A stretch of 64,000 nt of DNA from Bdellovibrionota bacterium FG-1 (GCA_051382295.1 JBBCAW010000041.1:30504-94503); one strand, 5' to 3'; positions 9,138-20,294 are shown, counted from the first letter of the stretch. Notes: a model not told the origin generated them from the letters alone. Program-made: numbers and translations.

Positions 9138-11708
9138 ATGACCCAAAAACGGCGCTTACTCGAACGTCTTCCCGAACACCCAGCCGACTCCTCCCTATTG
9201 ATGGATCATTTTTTGGGCTATGTTCAGGAACAAGGGTTGGCGCTCTATCCTGCGCAAGAAGAAGCCATTCTCGAGATCTATAGCGGCAAGAATGTGATTC
9301 TCAATACTCCGACCGGCTCAGGTAAGTCGTTGGTGGCTGCTGCTCTTCATTTTCTTTCGATCGGCTCAGGGCGCAGGTCCTACTATACTTGCCCCATTAA
9401 GGCTCTGGTTAACGAGAAGTTTTTATCGCTTTGTCGTGATTTTGGACCGGAGCAAATTGGAATGATCACTGGTGATGCGACCGTTAATTCGAACGCACCC
9501 GTGATCTGTTGTACTGCTGAGATCTTGAGCAACATGGCCCTTCGGGATGGGGCGAAAGCTCGCGTAGATGACGTGATCATGGATGAGTTTCATTATTATT
9601 CGGATCGCGACCGTGGGGTGGCGTGGCAAGTGCCTCTTCTCACTCTTCCTCAGTCGCGTTTTTTACTGATGTCGGCGACTTTAGGGGATACTGATTTTTT
9701 TGAAAAAGAACTCACGCGTCTCAATGGGCGCGAAACCGTGACGGTCCGGTCCACTACTCGGCCAGTTCCGCTCGAGTTTAGGTATTCAGAAGACCCTCTT
9801 CACGATGCGATGAGTAAACTCATCAGGGAAGGACGGGCTCCGATCTACCTCGTTCATTTTTCGCAACGTGAAGCCGCTGAAGCCGCGCAAAACATTCTTT
9901 CGACGGATTTTTGCACGAAGGAGCAAAAGAAGCTCATCGCGGAGGCGCTGGAAGCCGAGGGTGCACGTTTTTCGAGTCCGTATGGCAAAGACATCCAGCG
10001 TCTTTTGCGCCATGGGGTGGGCTTGCATCATGCGGGGCTGCTTCCTAAATATCGGATTTTGGTCGAAAAATTGGCCCAAAAGGGACTCCTCAAAATCATT
10101 TGCGGCACGGACACGTTAGGGGTGGGCGTCAACGTACCGATCCGGACCGTTCTTTTTACCAAGCTTTGCAAGTTTGATGGCGAAAAATCGACCATTCTGA
10201 GTATTCGTGATTTTCAACAAATTTCTGGACGTGCTGGGCGTAAGGGATTTGATGAGCAGGGAACCGTGGTAGCCCAAGCGCCAGAGCATGTGATTGAAAA
10301 TCTTAGAAACGAACAAAAAGCTGCGGGTGACGCCAAAAAGATTAAAAAGCTCGTTAAAAGAAAACCTCCCGAAAAGGGGTATGTGGCCTGGAATAAAGAA
10401 ACCTTTGAAAAGCTTGTCAACGGAAATCCAGAGGCGCTCCAATCACGTTTTCAGGTCAATCATGGGATGTTACTGAATGTTTTGAGTCGCCCCGACGAAG
10501 ACGGCTGTCGCGCCATGCAGCGATTGATTCGTGCTAGTCACGAAAATCCCCATTCGCGCAAACAGCATGGAAAGAAGGCTTTTGCCCTGTTTAGATCATT
10601 AGTGGATCGCAAAATTATCGAATTCAACCCGCTCCGCGTGAATGTCGATTTGCAGGAGGATTTTTCACTCAACCATACTTTGGCGCTCTATCTTCTGGAT
10701 ACCCTGAAACTCCTGGACCCTCAAATTCCGGACTATGCGCTGGATCTGCTGACTTTGGTTGAATCGATTCTCGAAAACCCGGAAATGGTTTTGCGGAAGC
10801 AGCTGGATCGGGTCAAGTCCGAAAAGATGGCGGAACTCAAAGCTCAAGGAATGGAGTTTGATGATCGTATCGCGGAACTAGAAAAGTTAGAATACCCTAA
10901 ACCCAACCGCGAAATGATTTACGATACGTTTAATGAGTTTTCGCGAATTCACCCTTGGGTGGGACAAGAAAATATTCGTCCAAAATCGATTGCCCGTGAA
11001 ATGTTTGAAAACTTTCAGTCGTTTTCTGAGTATATTCGAGACTACGAACTTCAGCGAGTCGAAGGGCAGCTTCTTCGATATCTTTCAGAAGTGTATAAAG
11101 TCTTGGTTCAGACGGTTCCAGAATCGGCTAAGGACGCTGCCGCTCATGGGGAAGTGAGTCTGATTGAAGAATTCTTCGGAACGATGATTCGTTCGATTGA
11201 TTCGAGTCTTTTGGATGAGTGGGAACGTATGCGAAACCCCGCCTGGGTTTCACCGACGGCCGAGGTCAAAGATCAGACCGCCGCCGAGGCGAGTGACATT
11301 ACTCGCAATGCCAAAGCCTTTACCGTTCAAGTTCGAAACGCGGTATTTCGGCTGGTTCGAGCCTTGGCGAGCGGGGAGTTCGAAGAAGCGTTAGAGCTGA
11401 TTGAGCCCGAGGGTGACGGCCCTGATGGCCAAGGGGTGCGCTGGACGAAGGATGGTTTTACCGCGATTGCAGAGCAGTATAGTGTCGATCATCAGCGCGT
11501 ATGTACAGACCCCAAGGCCCGCCTGCCTCAGTATACACAAATCACTAAAACTACGGGAGCCTGGAAAGTCTCTCAGGTTTTGGTGGATCCGGAAGGGCAC
11601 AATGATTGGGTGATGTCGATTACTGTCGATTTGGCGCGTTCTCGTGAGGCCTTTAGGCCTGTGCTGAGGCTGGAGCAGATTGGGGCGCTGGCGCTGGGCG
11701 CCCAATAA
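9138..11708 (+). CDS. Ski2-like DEAD/DEAH RNA helicase with DUF3516-type C-terminus
   Basis: PTGSGKS, DEFH, SAT, GRAGRKG motifs; DSSLLDEWE in the C-terminal domain. Confidence 0.9.
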   Translation: MTQKRRLLERLPEHPADSSLLMDHFLGYVQEQGLALYPAQEEAILEIYSGKNVILNTPTGSGKSLVAAALHFLSIGSGRRSYYTCPIKALVNEKFLSLCRDFGPEQIGMITGDATVNSNAPVICCTAEILSNMALRDGAKARVDDVIMDEFHYYSDRDRGVAWQVPLLTLPQSRFLLMSATLGDTDFFEKELTRLNGRETVTVRSTTRPVPLEFRYSEDPLHDAMSKLIREGRAPIYLVHFSQREAAEAAQNILSTDFCTKEQKKLIAEALEAEGARFSSPYGKDIQRLLRHGVGLHHAGLLPKYRILVEKLAQKGLLKIICGTDTLGVGVNVPIRTVLFTKLCKFDGEKSTILSIRDFQQISGRAGRKGFDEQGTVVAQAPEHVIENLRNEQKAAGDAKKIKKLVKRKPPEKGYVAWNKETFEKLVNGNPEALQSRFQVNHGMLLNVLSRPDEDGCRAMQRLIRASHENPHSRKQHGKKAFALFRSLVDRKIIEFNPLRVNVDLQEDFSLNHTLALYLLDTLKLLDPQIPDYALDLLTLVESILENPEMVLRKQLDRVKSEKMAELKAQGMEFDDRIAELEKLEYPKPNREMIYDTFNEFSRIHPWVGQENIRPKSIAREMFENFQSFSEYIRDYELQRVEGQLLRYLSEVYKVLVQTVPESAKDAAAHGEVSLIEEFFGTMIRSIDSSLLDEWERMRNPAWVSPTAEVKDQTAAEASDITRNAKAFTVQVRNAVFRLVRALASGEFEEALELIEPEGDGPDGQGVRWTKDGFTAIAEQYSVDHQRVCTDPKARLPQYTQITKTTGAWKVSQVLVDPEGHNDWVMSITVDLARSREAFRPVLRLEQIGALALGAQ

Positions 11709-11741
11709 AAAAAAAGGACCCGGGAGATCAACCCCGGGTCC
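11707..11741 (-). terminator. Intrinsic terminator with U-tract on the minus strand
   Basis: GGACCCGGG-N8-CCCGGGTCC at 11716-11741 preceded by A9 on the plus strand. Confidence 0.8.
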
Positions 11742-11945
11742 GTAAAAAATCTCTGACACCTTTCTTATGTTGCGAGCGGGACTCAATGCCCGTCTCGAAA
11801 CACCCTTCCGTGCAAGCTTGCCCAGCTACCGGCGGGGTTATGTCTCTCATTAAACCTGTTTCTTATCTGTCGCGTTCCCCTCTGGCCTATAGAGAAGACC
11901 CGACAGTCCGTGAGCTCCGCAGACGCCTGTGCGGCTCCGCTCACG

Positions 11946-12017
11946 CTAACTCGCCTTTGGGGGACCGTGGTTATGATACTCATCCAGATGAACGACTTGC
12001 TTTATGCGGTTTGGCAT
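11946..12017 (-). CDS. Putative 23-aa small protein MPNRIKQVVHLDEYHNHGPPKAS
   Basis: GGGAGG SD 7 nt before ATG; sigma70-like TTGCTC-N17-TAGTCT just upstream; followed by a structured 3' region and terminator. Confidence 0.5.
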   Translation of the reverse strand: MPNRIKQVVHLDEYHNHGPPKAS

Positions 12018-12104
12018 TCAATCGCCTCCCTTATATAAACAAGACTAAATTAGTATGTTAATTAGAGCAACGTTTTTGTTGTTAAGAGAATGCAAATATC
12101 AAAA

Positions 12105-13076
12105 CTAGCCACGGGTCCAAAATCGAACCACTGGGCCGGCGCTGAGGTGAACTCGAGAAACAGCAGGAAGATCAAAGAGTTCACCATCTAAAGTGAAGCC
12201 GTCCGTGAGGTCGCATTCGAGTTCACGCACTTGACTTCCACAGACCAGACGGTCGCCAAAATCGAGTTCTCGCTGGTCGTTCATTCCAAAGATTAACGAG
12301 GGCGAATGCATGGCAACCTTGCCTAGAGGCATCCCATTAGCTGAAAAGTGGAATCCCCCTGGCTTGATTTCTCCGGGTGGAAAAGGCCGAATCCCGAGCG
12401 AAAGTCGCTCAATCGTGCCCGCCGCTAGATTATGCATCGGCGCGCCCACGGGTTCGCCGCCATTGACTCTCAGGTGAATTTCGTCCCGCCTAAAGATGGG
12501 AAGGGTGTCATTAAACGGCGACATCGCTTGTAAAAAGGTCTGCGAAGCCACGGCTGCCGCATCCATGACATTCGGTGATTCGTTGCGACGATAATATTCG
12601 GTCAAAACCCGATAGCCCACGCCCCAGACAAAAACAAAACCGTAGTGGGCAGGGTCGTCATTCACCTGAATTCGAAGGGTGGGAATCTCCCTCAGTTCAT
12701 GGGCTTGTTCCCCCGCAAACCAGCGGTCTAAGGTCTTTTGCGCTCCCTCGCGTTTTCCGGTCACATTGCACAGCATATTGATCGTGCCGGCTCGAACCGC
12801 CAATACTGGAGGGAGGACCATTTCTTCGCCATGATTGCGGATCAAAGAGGTAATACCGCGGGAAATCGACCCGTCGCCCCCAAAGAAGCAAAGGGTTCTT
12901 TCGCCATGCTTCCAGTTGCTCATCAATAAATTGAGTTCATCGAGGTCACGAGTGAGGTGGATTTCAGAATTAGGAGGCAAAAGCTTCCGAAAGTCCTCAA
13001 CTGAAAGCGCATCCATCTTAAGCTTGCGTGCGTTCGGATTAAGAACCAGCGTCATACCACTTTGGTCAGGAGTCAT
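12105..13076 (-). CDS. Diacylglycerol/sphingosine kinase family protein
   Basis: VLNPNA, GGDGS, AGTINM, LDGE motifs; start codon uncertain (13076 or 13055). Confidence 0.85.
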   Translation of the reverse strand: MTPDQSGMTLVLNPNARKLKMDALSVEDFRKLLPPNSEIHLTRDLDELNLLMSNWKHGERTLCFFGGDGSISRGITSLIRNHGEEMVLPPVLAVRAGTINMLCNVTGKREGAQKTLDRWFAGEQAHELREIPTLRIQVNDDPAHYGFVFVWGVGYRVLTEYYRRNESPNVMDAAAVASQTFLQAMSPFNDTLPIFRRDEIHLRVNGGEPVGAPMHNLAAGTIERLSLGIRPFPPGEIKPGGFHFSANGMPLGKVAMHSPSLIFGMNDQRELDFGDRLVCGSQVRELECDLTDGFTLDGELFDLPAVSRVHLSAGPVVRFWTRG

Positions 13077-13165
13077 TATGGGCCACAATCTAAACGCGTC
13101 CGACCCCGAAAGCAAAAGGAATATAGCTGAAATTAATAACGCCATGTGTTACGTAGGCGTCTGGA

Positions 13166-16100
13166 ATGAATTCTCTAAAGACTCTCTTGATATCTTTACT
13201 CTTTTTATCTGGAATGGCGCATCAGTCCATCGCCGGAACGATCACCGTTCCCATGAATTCTTACGCCAAGCGTCCTGCAAAGGACCTCGTTTACCAGGGG
13301 CGTCGCATTGATGAAAACGAAGCCGCGCAATTGAGCCAAAATGGCGTGGCCCTTTGGCAATTAGATCCAGAAGAAAGCATTCTTTGGAAAAATCCGAGTA
13401 CGGAGCAGCCTTCTGGGGTTGAGTCACTTCCGCCTGAAGGTGCGAGCGTTCAATTTAATTCTTACCTGGCTAGCACCCGAGGCATGTTCAGATCCTCGGT
13501 TGAAGATCAGAGTGCTCAGCCTTTTACGCTCACCGTGAGTCTCGGTAGTTCGGCTGCTTTGATGCGGGCCGGTCTTTTACGACGAATTGGCTATCAGAGC
13601 GCGAATCCCAGACTTTATCGTTCACTGACGATTCGTTTCGCCACGGTGTCCGTGCGAAATCAGTTTTTGGATGATCTGGCCGATCGCTCTCTCACTTCAC
13701 GCAAAAGATGGATCAAAGAACTGCCGGCCGATAAAGCCGAAGTCACCTTACAAGGGGTCGTATTGGAACCTGGCCGAATTCATATTCAGGCTGTCCATTG
13801 GGGCTTGATGAGTGCGGCACTTCAAGCGGATCGGCGGGTCTTTCGAGCGCTTTTGATTCCGGATGTTTTGTTGGGTTTTACCGAAAAGGGCAACGGCTTC
13901 GCCTGGGGGACGGGACGGGTCTTCAACGAGGGGGCGGTTTTTGATTATCTCTTTTCAGATGGATTTTCAGATGTTGCTTTCGATGACATCAAGTGGATTC
14001 TGGCCCGTATCGGCGGTCTGACCCGCGAGGATTTCAAAAGTTTTGTCGCCCCAGCCGGATTGCCTGAGGATATTTCGGCGCTTTTGCTTGAAAAGGTGAT
14101 TTCACGTCGAAATGCTTTGGTAGGGCTCGTGGGATTGGGGTCGATTTACCCTTCACTTGCGGCCATCGCAGACGTCAACATCGGCAACGTCATCCATGGA
14201 CAACTCCAGCGGGACGACTATGTCGGATATCCGCAAGAGTTTTTCAAAAAAGCCGAACTCCCTCCGTTGCGCTTTTCACAGCTTTGGCGATTTGGCGCGA
14301 TTGAGGCCATTTCTTCTGGGATCGGTGCACTCCTGGGGCAGGTGAATGAACGCCTTTTAACGCTTCAAAGCTCAGGTACCGCTGTTTCTGCACATCAAAA
14401 CGAGGTTTCTCAAGGGCTCGCCAGTTATCTTTTTCACACGGGTAATCTCACCGGTTACCAAAAAACAACGGGAGTCTGGGCAAAACCCACAGCTGGAGCG
14501 CATCTCAATGCTAGCCGTAACGTCGTGGCCGGCACGTATTTGGGGAGCGATTCTCAGGTTCAGCTCGTCGACACACTCACCGCCGATGTGGAGGCCGGTT
14601 TCTATTTAGGTTGGGATGCCGTGGCGCCAGCGGGAGTCGGCGTGAATAGTGCTGTCACCTTGAGTCGATCCTATTCGCATGTTCGGCCCGTTCAAGATAT
14701 GAATACGGCTTTTAAGACCAGTTGGGGGAAGCTCGTGGTTTCACCCTTCATGAGTCATTTGGCTGGAGTTCTGAATCCCAGTATTGAATGTTCGATTTCT
14801 GAAGGGCCGTGGACGAGCTGCACTGAAGTCGATGGGGTTCAGTTTGCCCGAATTAATTATGACCTTGGCCGCCCCACTGGCAAAGAAGAAGCCTTAACGC
14901 TTCGAGCCCAGCTGATTGCTTCAGGCACGAGCGCGGATCGAATTTTTTTGCAAGGAAATGATCGAAAAGAAGACTGCAAAGCAGAAATTGAAAAAGCTGT
15001 GGATAAAAATCTCGAGGCCTTTGTCGACCAACTGGCTGTAGGCGAGATGTTTATCATCACGGATAGTGTTCAATTGGGGACCCAAGGGTCGGTTACGATT
15101 CCGATTACCGCTATTCTGGGGGCCCAAGCGGCAGTCCAAACTTCAGGCGCCTTAAGTTATAAAATTGGCCGGCAAACGATGATTCGCCGAACGAGTACTG
15201 GGTTTCAGGTCTACCTTCAAGATAATCGGCTTGATAACGCGCAATACGGCGTGGACTTCAATTTTTTTGTCAACGTGATTGGCTATTCCAAGGCCAAAGA
15301 GCATGGTAAAGCCGACACGGATTTTTACAATTTAAATATCGATGATTCGGATACGGCTACAAAGCAAAAGACGATTCGCTCCATCAAGGCTCTTTTGCTC
15401 GATAATAACGCTGAAATCCTCAGCGATAGTTTTGAACCCTATTCTCTTCATCAAGATCTTTTTGCCCGAATTATTAAGTTTAAATTTCTCCTTTGGAAAA
15501 AAGACTCGGCCCAAGAAAGTGAAACGGTGGACATCTACCCCCCCATGGATGCTCAGGGACAGCGAAATCGGGGCGATTACAAACGAACTTTAGCCATGAG
15601 TCGTTTCGTCACGCGGACGGGAATGGATTGGTTTGGGTTTTTAGGGGATTTTATCGGAAAACTAACCCAAGGGGTAGTTTCATTGCCAAACGGCGGTGAC
15701 CCTGGGAGTAGTCCAGGGGGACGAAGCTTTACGCAAGCTGTGTCCACCCAGGCGGAGATTACTCCCAATAAGCCGATGCTGCCGATGACGGCACTTGAGC
15801 AAACCTACCGAGGCTGGCAGTTATCCCGCAATAGTTTGTTTCGCATCTTTGATCGAATTGAGGCGACTTATGGCAAACTCGGAACAACACTTACCTCAGA
15901 GTCGCGTGCGCTTTTTGATCGCTCTCAGTTTGTCCAGACACGTGAATTACAGCTCTACCAAATTGATACGACCCTTATTTTTTATCCGGAAGCAGTCGAG
16001 AAAGCAAAAAACTGGCTATTAGGGAACTGGACCGAAAAGGATCTTTTTGGATTTTTATTGCGTCTCAATGGGGCTCAAAAAACCCGCATTTACTGCGATA

Positions 16101-16504
16101 TTGCTGAGAGTACCTTTGGACGTTACGGTCCTCAAATTTATTATGGACGTGAAGTACGGGGTTGTGCGCCTGATTGGGTGCAATGGGTGATGCAACTTCG
16201 AGCCAAAGGGCTCCCGCAGGATAAACAACAACAGCTGGGATGGTACAATGCCCTCATGAGCGATCTAGTCAACGGAGCGATGCCCTCTGAGTTGATGAAG
16301 GAATTTGATCCGAAAAGTTACTTTTTTGTGACTCGCGTAAATGGTTTTCGAAAGGGAGATATCAACGGGGGAGTTGAGTATCTTTCAGATACGGTGGGAA
16401 AATACGACAGCGAACGCGGGTTAGGAATTTATCGCGAATTTGCAAGTAGCTACGGAATTTCACTTTTTGAACTTTATGGACAGTTTTTTACGGAGGGTTT
16501 GTGA
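13166..16504 (+). CDS. Large (1112 aa) secreted hypothetical protein
   Basis: Long ORF with signal peptide; GTGA overlap with the downstream subtilase. Confidence 0.8.
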   Translation: MNSLKTLLISLLFLSGMAHQSIAGTITVPMNSYAKRPAKDLVYQGRRIDENEAAQLSQNGVALWQLDPEESILWKNPSTEQPSGVESLPPEGASVQFNSYLASTRGMFRSSVEDQSAQPFTLTVSLGSSAALMRAGLLRRIGYQSANPRLYRSLTIRFATVSVRNQFLDDLADRSLTSRKRWIKELPADKAEVTLQGVVLEPGRIHIQAVHWGLMSAALQADRRVFRALLIPDVLLGFTEKGNGFAWGTGRVFNEGAVFDYLFSDGFSDVAFDDIKWILARIGGLTREDFKSFVAPAGLPEDISALLLEKVISRRNALVGLVGLGSIYPSLAAIADVNIGNVIHGQLQRDDYVGYPQEFFKKAELPPLRFSQLWRFGAIEAISSGIGALLGQVNERLLTLQSSGTAVSAHQNEVSQGLASYLFHTGNLTGYQKTTGVWAKPTAGAHLNASRNVVAGTYLGSDSQVQLVDTLTADVEAGFYLGWDAVAPAGVGVNSAVTLSRSYSHVRPVQDMNTAFKTSWGKLVVSPFMSHLAGVLNPSIECSISEGPWTSCTEVDGVQFARINYDLGRPTGKEEALTLRAQLIASGTSADRIFLQGNDRKEDCKAEIEKAVDKNLEAFVDQLAVGEMFIITDSVQLGTQGSVTIPITAILGAQAAVQTSGALSYKIGRQTMIRRTSTGFQVYLQDNRLDNAQYGVDFNFFVNVIGYSKAKEHGKADTDFYNLNIDDSDTATKQKTIRSIKALLLDNNAEILSDSFEPYSLHQDLFARIIKFKFLLWKKDSAQESETVDIYPPMDAQGQRNRGDYKRTLAMSRFVTRTGMDWFGFLGDFIGKLTQGVVSLPNGGDPGSSPGGRSFTQAVSTQAEITPNKPMLPMTALEQTYRGWQLSRNSLFRIFDRIEATYGKLGTTLTSESRALFDRSQFVQTRELQLYQIDTTLIFYPEAVEKAKNWLLGNWTEKDLFGFLLRLNGAQKTRIYCDIAESTFGRYGPQIYYGREVRGCAPDWVQWVMQLRAKGLPQDKQQQLGWYNALMSDLVNGAMPSELMKEFDPKSYFFVTRVNGFRKGDINGGVEYLSDTVGKYDSERGLGIYREFASSYGISLFELYGQFFTEGL

Positions 16505-19500
16505 TCCTTCCTCTATTGTCGGTCTCAGCTGTATTTTTTATTTCCTCGGCAGTTGGCCCCTCGGCCGATGTCCTTTTGCAGCAACTCCGTGCTGCCCCTG
16601 GGGTTTTAAGTGGAGAACCTGTTTTTCAGAAGGGCGAGCAGGAGTTTTTAATTCAGCATGGGGAAGGATCTTTGGCTACTGCCCTCCGTCTCACCTTTCA
16701 GGATTTTGAGTCGTACGAGAGTCTTCAAAAAACGGTCAAAGTGCGTCATCTTGGGCATCTTGAACGAAATGGCCGTTTTCAGGTCAACTCGAATCCTGAA
16801 CAATGGGGTCTCAATAATACGGGGATCCCGCAGCAAATCGAAGTCACGGATATTCTCTCTCGAACTGTAAATGCGGTAACGGGCGAAGACGTCGGCGTGA
16901 TTCATGCGCCTAGTGAAATTGCTCATCGACGGATTCGTGTCGCGGTAGTGGATACTGGAGTCGACATCAGTCATCCCGCGTTACAGGCTCAGATTTACCA
17001 TAGCCCGACTGAGTGCCAAGCCCTTGATGCCTATCAAAAGTGCTTGCGTGAAAATGCGGATAAGTCAGTTTGTCATCAAAGGTATGCCAATCAGGATACC
17101 GATCAAAACGGCTACCCTTTGGATTGCACGGGATGGAGTGCTTTAGGGGGAGGGGATCATGAGGTTTCGGACTCCATCGGACACGGAACCCATGTGGCAG
17201 GCATTATTGGCGCTCAGGGGTTAGTGGACGGAGTCGCGTCGCAGGTTGAGATTTTACCCGTTCAAGTGATGGGAAAAGGAGAGACTGAAGCCGGTGCCTT
17301 TGCTGATGTGGTTGCCAGGGGTGTGCTTTATGCGATTCGAACGCATGCGCAGATCATCAATATGTCGCTGGGCTATTCGATTCATGAAGATTCGGAGTTG
17401 ATGCGAAAGATGGTGGCTTTAGCACAGGCGGAAGGAATTTTGGTGGTTGCGGCGGCGGGCAACGAGTCATCATCTATCCCTGTTTATCCATGTCGGTATG
17501 CGGGGGTCATCTGTGTCGCGTCCTTTAGTGCTGACGGGGCTATTTCGGGCTTTTCAGACTTTGGTGATGCAGTTGATGTAGCGGCCCCTGGCGAGAAAAT
17601 TCTGAGTACTTGGCCGACCCTATTTTTCCCGTCGCTTTTTACCGAAAGAAAGGGCTACGACTTCAAAAGTGGTACTTCCATGGCGGCCCCCTTTGTCACG
17701 GGTGTCTTAGCCCGACTTTTGAATGCAGGTATTCAGCCAGCAGAGGCCTACGCTCGTTTGCTTTTAGGCGTTCGCCCCCATCGCCAACCCACGATTCCGC
17801 TGAATGGCGATTCTAAGTTTACGCTTTCTGGCAATGTCGACTTGTCCCGCTCCTTTGCGGTGGACCCCCAACCGTTGATTCTGCCTTCCAATAAAGAACC
17901 CGTACTTCTCATTCTGGATCGCATGCGTGGGACCGCTCTCAATGAAGCCCGTTTTCGGTTGAGCCTTAAGAACTATTGGAAAACCGCTTCATCCGTTCAA
18001 ATTCAGGTGAGTGTGAGTGGAGAGCCGCAATTGACGAGTCAGGTGGACTTATGGCCGCAGGGTGAAAACCGCGATTTTGAGGGAGTTTTTCGATGGGCCG
18101 GGACGACATTAAAAGAGTTGCCAGGGAACTTTTATTTTGATGTGACGGTGTCCGATTCGCTGGGAGAAGTTCACCATTTTCGTAAGGGCGCCGAATTTGT
18201 GGTTCCGGTGAGACCGTTGCGAACAGAGGATAGCATCGCGGCAATGGCCGGGTTTGAGCGAATCATGACGGACTTAGGCTTGGCTGATTTGTCAGCAAAC
18301 TATTCGATCAAACCGATCAGTTGTTTGTCTGGAGGGGGGCAAGATTTGCTCCTGATCAACAAAGGCGAGCGCTTCACCGCTTTGCGACTCTTGGATCACA
18401 CTGAAACCTCATCTGGGATCAGGATGATCCAAAAACAAGGCATAGCGCTTTTGGATACTTCAAAAGAACAGCTGTTTTCTGTTTCTTGTTTAGATCAACG
18501 TCCTTTTGTTCCGCGCGAATTTGCCATTAGTTCCTTCAATGCGGCTGAAAAGAAATTTGCAGTCACTTTTTATGATGACAAATTTCGACGGCAAAATCGC
18601 TTAGAATGGGACGCCGCTACCGCCGCGTTGGCAGCTGATTTTAGGTGGTTGTCAGCCGCTGATGGTAAACAGTGGCCCGCTTGGATTGGCCGAGGACGAT
18701 TACCGGACTCGGAGATCCCCAGCTTTGATCCTTGGGATAAACGTCCCTTCGAGCAGCGCAATCCCCTTGAATCGCGCCTCTACTATCTGTCGCCTTCGGG
18801 GCTGCATACCCTGGTGGCGCCAGCGGGTTATCGGTATGTTGGTTTTTTGAAGCCTACGAACCCTGAATTCAAAAATGGAAGTGTCAGAGTTCTTTTATTG
18901 AAGGGACAGGATTTTGTTGCTGAATTTTCAGTCGCACAGCTGGCTGCTTTTAAGTGGGAAGAGCCGCAGAGCCTTTCTTTTGAGGTTTATCAGCGTCTTT
19001 CAGGCTTGAAGAGTTTGTCGGTTTTTTCGATGGAGGGATCATTGGGAGATACGGCATTTATTGAGGACGGGGCGGCCGGGAAAATGAGACTATCCCTGGT
19101 TTTAGGCTCGAGTAGCGACGCAAGTTTGCAAGTCAAGTCTTGGGTTCTAGAAGCACCGCAAGCGGGAGATTGGGTGAGTGAGGTTCTCGGCGTTTTCCAG
19201 GGAGAATCCGCCTTTTTTCGTTCTCGTTTTGGTTTGTATTTTTACGATGGTCTGAGCCGCAGAGCATTTGCCAGTGACCTGAGGCAATTTGATAGCGTGA
19301 CTCGTTACCTCCCGGCTTGGAGGGACGGGCGTCCCGCCGTGGTTTTACCTGAAGGCCAAGGAAGCTCGCTAGCCGCTGAAGTGCTTGTTCCAACCACCCA
19401 GGGACTTCAACGTCCGGCATTATTGAAGTTCTTTGGGGTCAGTGATCAGCAGGGAAGTTGTGAGCCGATACAAATGGTTTCAACAGGTCGGGACGGTGCA

Positions 19501-19575
19501 GGGGGAATGCCCGATCAACCCATCAATAGCTTGATCTATTTTTGTGGCGATCATTTCATTCGAGCAACACTATAA
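16501..19575 (+). CDS. Secreted S8 (subtilisin-like) serine protease with large C-terminal extension
   Basis: VDTG, HGTHVAG, AAAGN, GTSMAAP catalytic motifs. Confidence 0.93.
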   Translation: MILPLLSVSAVFFISSAVGPSADVLLQQLRAAPGVLSGEPVFQKGEQEFLIQHGEGSLATALRLTFQDFESYESLQKTVKVRHLGHLERNGRFQVNSNPEQWGLNNTGIPQQIEVTDILSRTVNAVTGEDVGVIHAPSEIAHRRIRVAVVDTGVDISHPALQAQIYHSPTECQALDAYQKCLRENADKSVCHQRYANQDTDQNGYPLDCTGWSALGGGDHEVSDSIGHGTHVAGIIGAQGLVDGVASQVEILPVQVMGKGETEAGAFADVVARGVLYAIRTHAQIINMSLGYSIHEDSELMRKMVALAQAEGILVVAAAGNESSSIPVYPCRYAGVICVASFSADGAISGFSDFGDAVDVAAPGEKILSTWPTLFFPSLFTERKGYDFKSGTSMAAPFVTGVLARLLNAGIQPAEAYARLLLGVRPHRQPTIPLNGDSKFTLSGNVDLSRSFAVDPQPLILPSNKEPVLLILDRMRGTALNEARFRLSLKNYWKTASSVQIQVSVSGEPQLTSQVDLWPQGENRDFEGVFRWAGTTLKELPGNFYFDVTVSDSLGEVHHFRKGAEFVVPVRPLRTEDSIAAMAGFERIMTDLGLADLSANYSIKPISCLSGGGQDLLLINKGERFTALRLLDHTETSSGIRMIQKQGIALLDTSKEQLFSVSCLDQRPFVPREFAISSFNAAEKKFAVTFYDDKFRRQNRLEWDAATAALAADFRWLSAADGKQWPAWIGRGRLPDSEIPSFDPWDKRPFEQRNPLESRLYYLSPSGLHTLVAPAGYRYVGFLKPTNPEFKNGSVRVLLLKGQDFVAEFSVAQLAAFKWEEPQSLSFEVYQRLSGLKSLSVFSMEGSLGDTAFIEDGAAGKMRLSLVLGSSSDASLQVKSWVLEAPQAGDWVSEVLGVFQGESAFFRSRFGLYFYDGLSRRAFASDLRQFDSVTRYLPAWRDGRPAVVLPEGQGSSLAAEVLVPTTQGLQRPALLKFFGVSDQQGSCEPIQMVSTGRDGAGGMPDQPINSLIYFCGDHFIRATL

Positions 19576-19578
19576 GAA

Positions 19579-19609
19579 AAGGCCCAAGAAGAATCTCTTC
19601 TCGGGCCTT
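19579..19609. terminator. Terminator hairpin between convergent genes
   Basis: AAGGCCCAAGAAG...CTTCTCGGGCCTT imperfect stem. Confidence 0.6.
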
Positions 19610-19634
19610 CACTGAATACATGGGATTTGATGAA

Positions 19635-20177
19635 TTAAAGCTGGATGCCTTGTTGCTCAAGCAACTTGCCATGAAGCGTCTTGACGATCGACTTCATATT
19701 GTCTGAAGTCGTGTTGAAATTCTTGGCTGCCTCGGCAACCACGTTATTCAACTCGGTTGAGTCACCCGCTTGGGCTTTTCCTGCGGCGGCCACAATTTTG
19801 GTTGGGCTCACACCGTAGAGACGCTCTGCGAAGTCAGCTACGTCTTTGTCTGAACGGTTTTGAACTGTATTGAAGTCGTTGATCGTTTTGGCAATCTTCA
19901 TGCCTTGATCTTCAGAAAGGCTAAACTTTGTTGCATAGTGTTTAGCTTGGGCCTGAAGCATTTGTTGCTCAGCTTGGGCCATGTCGGTGATCATGTCGTG
20001 AGATGTGTCTTTGGTGCCATCTCCGTTGTAGTAGTAGCTGTCACAAACCCAGTAGCCATAATAATCATAATAGCAATCTTGATAGGTCTGAGGCGATGAA
20101 ACGACCATATTGCAGCCCATGTTGCCGATCAAAAATGCCGCAGTGGCCAATGTTACAAATAATCTCTTAAAAGTCAT
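19635..20177 (-). CDS. Lipoprotein, hypothetical (Tyr-rich N-terminal loop, helical C-terminus)
   Basis: GAGGAG RBS before ATG 20177; lipobox-like NMGC; CYYDYYGYWVC segment. Confidence 0.75.
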   Translation of the reverse strand: MTFKRLFVTLATAAFLIGNMGCNMVVSSPQTYQDCYYDYYGYWVCDSYYYNGDGTKDTSHDMITDMAQAEQQMLQAQAKHYATKFSLSEDQGMKIAKTINDFNTVQNRSDKDVADFAERLYGVSPTKIVAAAGKAQAGDSTELNNVVAEAAKNFNTTSDNMKSIVKTLHGKLLEQQGIQL

Positions 20178-20294
20178 ATAATACTCCTCTAAAGAAGTCG
20201 GTTCAGGTTCGGCGGTTGAATACAGCAAAAGGCTGTTTGCTGTCTATTGAATAAACCCAAATGACGAGGAAATAATTATGCGCGTCAGAGTGCC

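Noticed and set aside
11786..12061. ORF-track 91-aa (+) and 66-aa (-) ORFs; also tmRNA/RNase P/SRP
   Set aside because: No clear RBS or protein-like features; no tRNA-like ends or recognisable RNase P/SRP signature sequences.
20224..20257. sigma54 promoter for the 20177 lipoprotein
   Set aside because: Has TTGC at -12 but AA instead of the invariant GG at -24; only a half TGTCTA site nearby.
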